Part shown: piece by piece, positions 59,250-64,000 of the stretch
Layout: each line of letters opens with the position of its first letter
How positions within the stretch are numbered: the first letter of the stretch is position 1
Assembly: GCA_944336475.1 (NCBI GenBank)
Contig: CALVLD010000005.1
Span: forward strand, 26,905 to 90,904
Source of the DNA: an uncultured Clostridia bacterium
GTDB taxonomy: Bacteria > Bacillota > Clostridia > Christensenellales > CAG-138
Direction: 5' to 3'
Length of the DNA: 64,000 nt
Translations under genes and position numbers: made by a program
Notes under the pieces: model-generated
What the model was told of the DNA's origin: nothing
Database searches by the model: none
Seen by the model: the letters and a program-made list of their open reading frames with translations, nothing else

Positions 59250-60915
59250 AGGCAGTCTTTTTAATTGAGAGCATGACTTTTTCTATCGCAGGCATTCCGT
59301 TTTCTTCGGGCAGTTGGAATGCATAGTGGATAACAATTAGGTTTCCACAAGTGCGAGAATACTTTTCCGGCTTCTCATACACCTCAATTCTGCGTATGAA
59401 CACCCGTAGCAGTTCGGGGGTCAGTTTTGGCATTTCAATATACGATTTTGCTTTGTCCATAAATTCCTTAATGCACTTTTCCCGCATATCCATTTGATCA
59501 GTACGCTCTTTAATGGATGTTAGCTCCTGCCGCAGCTCCGCTTGCTCCTGTTCATATCCGTTAGCCATTACATCATATCGATCCGGCGTCAGCCGTCCGC
59601 AAACTCTATCTTCGTACAAGCATCGGATGATATTATCAAGTTCGTTGATCCGCTTTTCAATTTGTACCTTCTCACGCCCTGCATTTTTATAGAATCTCTT
59701 CGTCTCTGCTTCACCATTTTGAGTTGCCATCGCATAAAATTCTTCCGGTTGCTCTCTTGCGTATACAGTTACCGTTTTCAGATTATGCAGGACAATTTGG
59801 TCAAGCACATTTTCTCGGATATAGTGCGCGGTACAATCGGTTGTCCGTCTTTGAAATCCGCCACATTGGAAATTGTTGTTTTCCGGCTTGATGGTTTTCC
59901 CTCTGTGAAGGTATAAACGGCTTCCGCATTCTCCGCAGAAAAGGTATCCGGCATACTTATCTATCTCGCCCTGCTTATCGGGACGCTTCCTTCCGGCAAA
60001 ATGCTTTTGAACAAGCTCAAAGGTCTTGCGGTCAATAATTGCTTCGTGGGTATCTTTGAAAATAAGGATATTTTCGGGATCGTTCTTCAGTCTTTTCTTC
60101 AGCTTGTTGGATTTTGAATAGGTCTTGAAGTTTACGGTATCGCCAACATATTCTTGATTTGAAAGCATCTTTCTCACAGTTGTCTGCGCCCAGTGGTATG
60201 GTCTTGCCAGATTTGGACTTCCCGAACGGCTACCATTCTTTTTGAAAGCGTACACGCTTGGACAAATAATTTTTTCGCCAGTCAATTTATCGCAGATTTT
60301 CATAATACCCAAACCGCTTGCATACATCTCAAAGATGCGTTTGACAATCGGTGCGGTTTCGGGATTGGGAATATACTGCTTGGGATTATCGGGATCTTTC
60401 ATATATCCATACGGAATGGTTGTCCCGACCCGTTCTCCTCGTTCGCCTTTGGCTCGCTGTACAGCACGGATTTTGCGGCTGGTGTCTCTTGCATAAAAAT
60501 CGTTGAAATAATTTTTAATGCCGGAGAAATCGCTGACGCCGTTTGCACTGTCTACACCGTCATTGATAGCGATAAATCGAACATCATATTGCGGAAAAGT
60601 AATTTCCATAAGCATTCCCGTTTGCAAATAATCTCTGCCGAGACGGGATTGGTCTTTGACAATTACGATGCCTACCTTGCCGCATTCAACATCGTTCATC
60701 ATCCGCTTGAAGCTCGGGCGGTTAAAATCGGCTCCTGAAAATCCGTCATCTACATAAAACTGAATGTTTGGAAAACGATGTTCTTCTGCATATCGCTGTA
60801 ACATCAGTCTTTGATTTTCAATGGACAGCGACTCGCCGAGCCGTTCATCCTCCTGAGAGAGTCTGCAATAAAGGGCGGTTATTAAATTTTTGTTTGCATT
60901 TTCGGTTGATTTCAT
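59248..60915 (-). CDS. large serine recombinase (resolvase N-terminal domain + recombinase/zinc-ribbon + coiled-coil C-terminus)
   Basis: Start at MKSTENANKNLITALYCRLSQEDE (catalytic Ser in the YCRLS context) after AAGGAAA. About 555 aa. The C-terminal part resembles the TnpX/TndX-type extension (DUF4368-like, from memory). Confidence 0.92.
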   Translation of the reverse strand: MKSTENANKNLITALYCRLSQEDERLGESLSIENQRLMLQRYAEEHRFPNIQFYVDDGFSGADFNRPSFKRMMNDVECGKVGIVIVKDQSRLGRDYLQTGMLMEITFPQYDVRFIAINDGVDSANGVSDFSGIKNYFNDFYARDTSRKIRAVQRAKGERGERVGTTIPYGYMKDPDNPKQYIPNPETAPIVKRIFEMYASGLGIMKICDKLTGEKIICPSVYAFKKNGSRSGSPNLARPYHWAQTTVRKMLSNQEYVGDTVNFKTYSKSNKLKKRLKNDPENILIFKDTHEAIIDRKTFELVQKHFAGRKRPDKQGEIDKYAGYLFCGECGSRLYLHRGKTIKPENNNFQCGGFQRRTTDCTAHYIRENVLDQIVLHNLKTVTVYAREQPEEFYAMATQNGEAETKRFYKNAGREKVQIEKRINELDNIIRCLYEDRVCGRLTPDRYDVMANGYEQEQAELRQELTSIKERTDQMDMREKCIKEFMDKAKSYIEMPKLTPELLRVFIRRIEVYEKPEKYSRTCGNLIVIHYAFQLPEENGMPAIEKVMLSIKKTA

Positions 60916-61015
60916 TTTCACATTTCCTTTCCGAGCGAGGTTTCGCTCTGTCAAACCGAATGGGATACGACATCAACATATCACTACTTCGGTTAAAAGT
61001 CCAGCGTAAATACCA

Positions 61016-61228
61016 CTAACTTTTTTGACCGTTTAGCAGATATTTCAACTTATCTGTTGCTTCTTCCGTTTCGTTGCCGACAGGAAAGCAAGCCATAACG
61101 GGATATTGCTTTCCGTCAACAGTCATCACATAGCCGAGACCGATATGCTGTTGTTCATTTGCCTGCGCTCTCAGTTTTAGAATTTTCTCACGCCTTTTTC
61201 TCAGTAATTCATAATTAATTTCTTTCAT
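61016..61228 (-). CDS. hypothetical 70-aa protein
   Basis: ORF between the RHH gene and the recombinase on the same strand. No family recognised. Confidence 0.45.
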   Translation of the reverse strand: MKEINYELLRKRREKILKLRAQANEQQHIGLGYVMTVDGKQYPVMACFPVGNETEEATDKLKYLLNGQKS

Positions 61229-61240
61229 AAATTTTCTCCT

Positions 61241-61647
61241 CTCATTCGTTGTAGTAACCTTTTAAGATTTCATCAAGGCGAACCTTGCCTCTCGTTCTGC
61301 GGACATTGTTAATAGCCTCATGCCGCATATTCTCAATCTCACTTTCCTCGTATTCAAACTGTTCGGCAATCATACGCATCACCATTTCAAGCTGAACAGC
61401 ATAGCGAAACAGTCCTTTTGAAATTGCTTTTGCATTATCTTCCGATAAGTCGGCAACGGCTTTTGCAAGTTTGTCATTTAAAATACTATCATTTCTTTTA
61501 TAATTTCGTCCGCAATCAAATTATCCACAGCAGAGGAAACAAGGTCATTACGGGAACGGTAACCGTATTGCTTTATGAAGCTGTCGATTTTTTCTACTGT
61601 TTCTTTGTCTAAATACAAGCTGATTCTTTGTTTATCCTTTAAATCCA
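61241..61647 (-). pseudogene. ribbon-helix-helix (CopG/MobC-like) gene interrupted by a frameshift in an A4 run
   Basis: ATG 61647 follows GGAAGGAG and gives MDLKDKQRISLYLDKETVEKIDSFIKQYGYRSRNDLVSSAVDNLIADEIIKEMIVF*. A second frame continues ..RNDSILNDKLAKAVADLSEDNAKAISKGLFRYAVQLEMVMRMIAEQFEYEESEIENMRHEAINNVRRTRGKVRLDEILKGYYNE*. Adding one A to the AAAA run at 61496-61499 joins them into one ORF of about 135 aa. Confidence 0.6.
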
Positions 61648-62174
61648 TATTTTCTCCTTCCTCGGCATTACACCAAACGGTAACGCCGTATTTTGTTGTC
61701 TGAAATGCCCTTGTTTCGGGCTTTTTTTATTTTTGCGACCCTGTTTTTGGCATCACCCCCCTGCATAGGTGCACCCCGCAACCCCTAATTACAACGATTT
61801 CGATTATCTCAAAAAATGGCTTAACACCGCCGTTTTAGGTCGGCATTGCCGTCCGATGTGAATCGCAACGAGGGCTTTAGCAACCCCGTTGCTTTCTCCT
61901 GCTTGATTTTCGACCCATCGAAAATGCCTGAAAACTGCCTTGCATCACACCGTATTTTGCCATTCCAACCTTGCCCTCAAATCGCCCCAAACGGGCGGTT
62001 TTCTTTTTGGGCGGGTGTTTCCTCGCAATTCTGCGTTCCTCGGCACACAGGCGGTCTGTGAGTGGCACACGGGAATTCTGTTGGTGTTGTCTATTCTTTC
62101 TTTTCTGTTGTAATAATATTGTTCTATGGGTATGGTTACTGATAGGAAATTCTGAAGCTGACTAAGATAAAATT

Positions 62175-62468
62175 TTACCCTGTATTAAGCAGGTCGGTCA
62201 GGTAATACAGATTGCTTGTCCTGGTACCGTCCGAGCGATGGCGGTATACTTTTTTTACTAGTCCTTTGCTCTCCAAAGCTTTGATGGCGCTGTCGACTGT
62301 TGTCCGATCCATGCAACATTCGTTCGCAATCGTTTTGCGAGATGGAAAACAGCTTTTTTCTTTTCTGTTGCTGTGTTTTAAAAGGCAGCAATAAACCACA
62401 AAGTCCCGCGGTTTTAACCCGAACGAAAAAATACGGTCAGACACCATAAAGAAATTTTTTGCTTTCAC
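62175..62468 (-). CDS. winged-helix DNA-binding protein (replication/regulation protein typical of Firmicutes mobile elements)
   Basis: About 97-100 aa (..FFMVSDRIFSFGLKPRDFVVYCCLLKHSNRKEKSCFPSRKTIANECCMDRTTVDSAIKALESKGLV..). GTG 62468 lies 8 nt after GGAGG; GTG 62477 is an alternative. Confidence 0.7.
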   Translation of the reverse strand: MKAKNFFMVSDRIFSFGLKPRDFVVYCCLLKHSNRKEKSCFPSRKTIANECCMDRTTVDSAIKALESKGLVKKVYRHRSDGTRTSNLYYLTDLLNTG

Positions 62469-62539
62469 CGTTTTCACCTCCCTTGTTTTTTTATTTATTT
62501 GGCTCTTTTCAAGTTTTCTTTTAAAACAGACAAAACAAA

Positions 62540-62615
62540 AAGCCGTTACACACGCAAACGAATACAGCGGGAGGGACTCCTCTCGCTTGGCATTCGCCTA
62601 TGTATGTAACGGCTT
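62540..62615. other. 76-nt imperfect long hairpin
   Basis: AAGCCGTTACA (62540-62550) pairs with TGTAACGGCTT (62605-62615). The apex is AGCGGGAGG-GACT-CCTCTCGCT (62566-62587). It lies 63-138 nt upstream of the winged-HTH gene. Confidence 0.5.
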
Positions 62616-62864
62616 CAGTAAAACTGAATCGTGGGTGCAGACCGGAAACCGGCTGCGAAAAATCAATAAAAATAAGTATGTGCTTTGGCGATTATTCAAT
62701 TGTGCGGATTCAGACAATATCTAAATCTAAATAAAGTATACCACAAAGAACAAATGTTTGTCAAGAGCTACGCATATTTTGTCCATGTTTCGGGCATACT
62801 ATTTGGTTTAGCAAAACAATAAGACCGCACAGTGTAATTACCGTACGGTCTTTGCGTGTAGTCT

Positions 62865-64000
62865 TTATTTATTGAGCTGTGCTTGCAGAGCGCTGAAAAT
62901 GTCCAGAGCGCTTTGCAGATTTTCAACAATGTCACTTGCAAGCTCATCAGGAGACGGAAGGTTATCGAGATCCGCTAAGGACTTATCTTTGATCCAGAAA
63001 ATATCCAAGCTTGTCTTATCCCGCTCCATAATCTCGTCTACTGAGAATTTGCGGAAACGACCGTCCGGATTATCAGCCGAATAGGTTTCTGTCCGTTCAT
63101 ATCGGTTCTCAGGATGATAGCAACGAATAAAGTCTTCCAAATCAGCGTCGCTCATCGGGTGCTGTTTGAGCGTAAAATGCATATTGGTGCGGAAATCATA
63201 AATCCATACCTCTTTTGTCTGACGCTGAGCGCTGGCAGGGCGCTTATCGAAAAACAAAACATTTGCTTTTACTCCCGGTTTATAAAATATACCGGTAGGC
63301 AGGCGCAGAATGGTATGTAAATCGGTTGTTTCAAGCAGTTTCTTTCGGACTGTTTCGCCTGCGCCGCCCTCAAACAGGACATTATCCGGCACAACGACTG
63401 CCGCTTTGCCGGTAGCTTTGAGAATCGTATTGATATGCTGTACGAAATTGAGCTGCTTGTTCGAACTTGTCGTCCAGAAATCCTGCCTGTTATAGACGAG
63501 GTCTTCGTCCTCCTGCTCGCCTTCTTCGTTGGTAAAAGTGATAGACGATTTTTTACCGAAGGGTGGATTGGTCAGCACATAGTCTACACGATATCCCGGG
63601 TCTGTCAGCAATGCATCCCCCAGCGTCACCGGAACATTGCCGTAAATATCCCCGATATTATGCAAATATAGGTTCATAAGTGCGGTTTTATAGGTTGCCG
63701 GTACAATTTCATTCCCGTAAAAGGTTTCGTTTTTCAAAAATTCTTTCTGCGCTCTGTCCAGTGTGTAGTTGTTGGGGTCAGCAAGAAAAGACTGAGCCGC
63801 AAGGAAGAAACCTCCGCTGCCACAGCAGGGATCTGCAATTGTTTTCATCGGCTCTGGACGCAGACAGCGCACCATTGCACGGATCAGAGGTCGGGGAGTA
63901 AAATACTGTCCCGCACCGCTTTTGATGTCCTCTGCATTCTTTTGCAATAATCCCTCGTAAATTTCCCCTTTTACATCAGAAGACATTGCCACCCATTTTT
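62865..64000 (-). CDS. hsdM: type I restriction-modification system, DNA methyltransferase subunit M (N-terminus outside window)
   Basis: DPCCGSGGF (motif I) and NPPFG (motif IV). The reading frame stays open to the window edge. A hairpin AAGACCG...CGGTCTT (62821-62852) follows the stop. Confidence 0.9.
   Translation of the reverse strand, partial: KWVAMSSDVKGEIYEGLLQKNAEDIKSGAGQYFTPRPLIRAMVRCLRPEPMKTIADPCCGSGGFFLAAQSFLADPNNYTLDRAQKEFLKNETFYGNEIVPATYKTALMNLYLHNIGDIYGNVPVTLGDALLTDPGYRVDYVLTNPPFGKKSSITFTNEEGEQEDEDLVYNRQDFWTTSSNKQLNFVQHINTILKATGKAAVVVPDNVLFEGGAGETVRKKLLETTDLHTILRLPTGIFYKPGVKANVLFFDKRPASAQRQTKEVWIYDFRTNMHFTLKQHPMSDADLEDFIRCYHPENRYERTETYSADNPDGRFRKFSVDEIMERDKTSLDIFWIKDKSLADLDNLPSPDELASDIVENLQSALDIFSALQAQLNK

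Larger units (their letters stand above)
59140..64000. mobile_element. integrative (mobilizable/conjugative-type) element, left end only; continues past the window
   Basis: It carries a large serine recombinase, RHH and winged-HTH genes and type I R-M cargo. Sampled lines give about 33-43% G+C. The left boundary lies somewhere in 59079-59247 and the right end is not in the window. Confidence 0.6.

Noticed and set aside
61521-61529. A perfect DnaA box TTATCCACA inside the RHH pseudogene.
   Set aside because: A single perfect 9-mer is about what chance predicts for 64 kb on two strands. No neighbouring boxes are present.

Overview
The window looks like a moderately high-GC, spore-forming Clostridia chromosome, possibly Oscillospiraceae/Ruminococcaceae-like given a dockerin-bearing protein; no taxon can be proven from sequence alone. 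About 53 kb is conserved housekeeping. This includes the yqfC-yqfD-phoH-HD hydrolase-ybeY-cdd-era cluster, copA, lgt, fba, tadA, ygiQ, arcA and pfk. It also includes the full rimP-nusA-ylxR-ylxQ-infB-rbfA-nrnA-truB-rpsO-pnp operon region, icd, mscL, a gerA-type germinant receptor operon and iorAB-patB. Further along are pcrA-ligA, rpsF-ssb-rpsR and rRNA methyltransferases. From about 53.2 kb the composition drops and the content becomes accessory. This part holds an ECF sigma/anti-sigma pair, then a tRNA-Ser(GGA) with a consensus promoter and terminator. Next comes an ABC exporter plus XRE-TPR regulator cassette bounded by a roughly 40-nt imperfect direct repeat of the tRNA 3-prime flank. Last is an AT-richer integrative element that runs off the window: large serine recombinase, frameshifted RHH gene, winged-HTH gene, an ORF-free structured spacer, and a type I R-M hsdM. 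The observations most worth follow-up are: (1) an in-frame TruB-riboflavin kinase fusion lacking the FAD-synthetase half; (2) three tandem DnaA boxes in the AT-rich spacer upstream of the rimP-nusA-infB operon; (3) the tRNA-Ser hotspot with repeat-bounded islands; (4) unexplained structured non-coding DNA inside the recombinase element. I found no CRISPR array, no rRNA and no obvious complete novel defence operon. The system-level ideas are hypotheses only.
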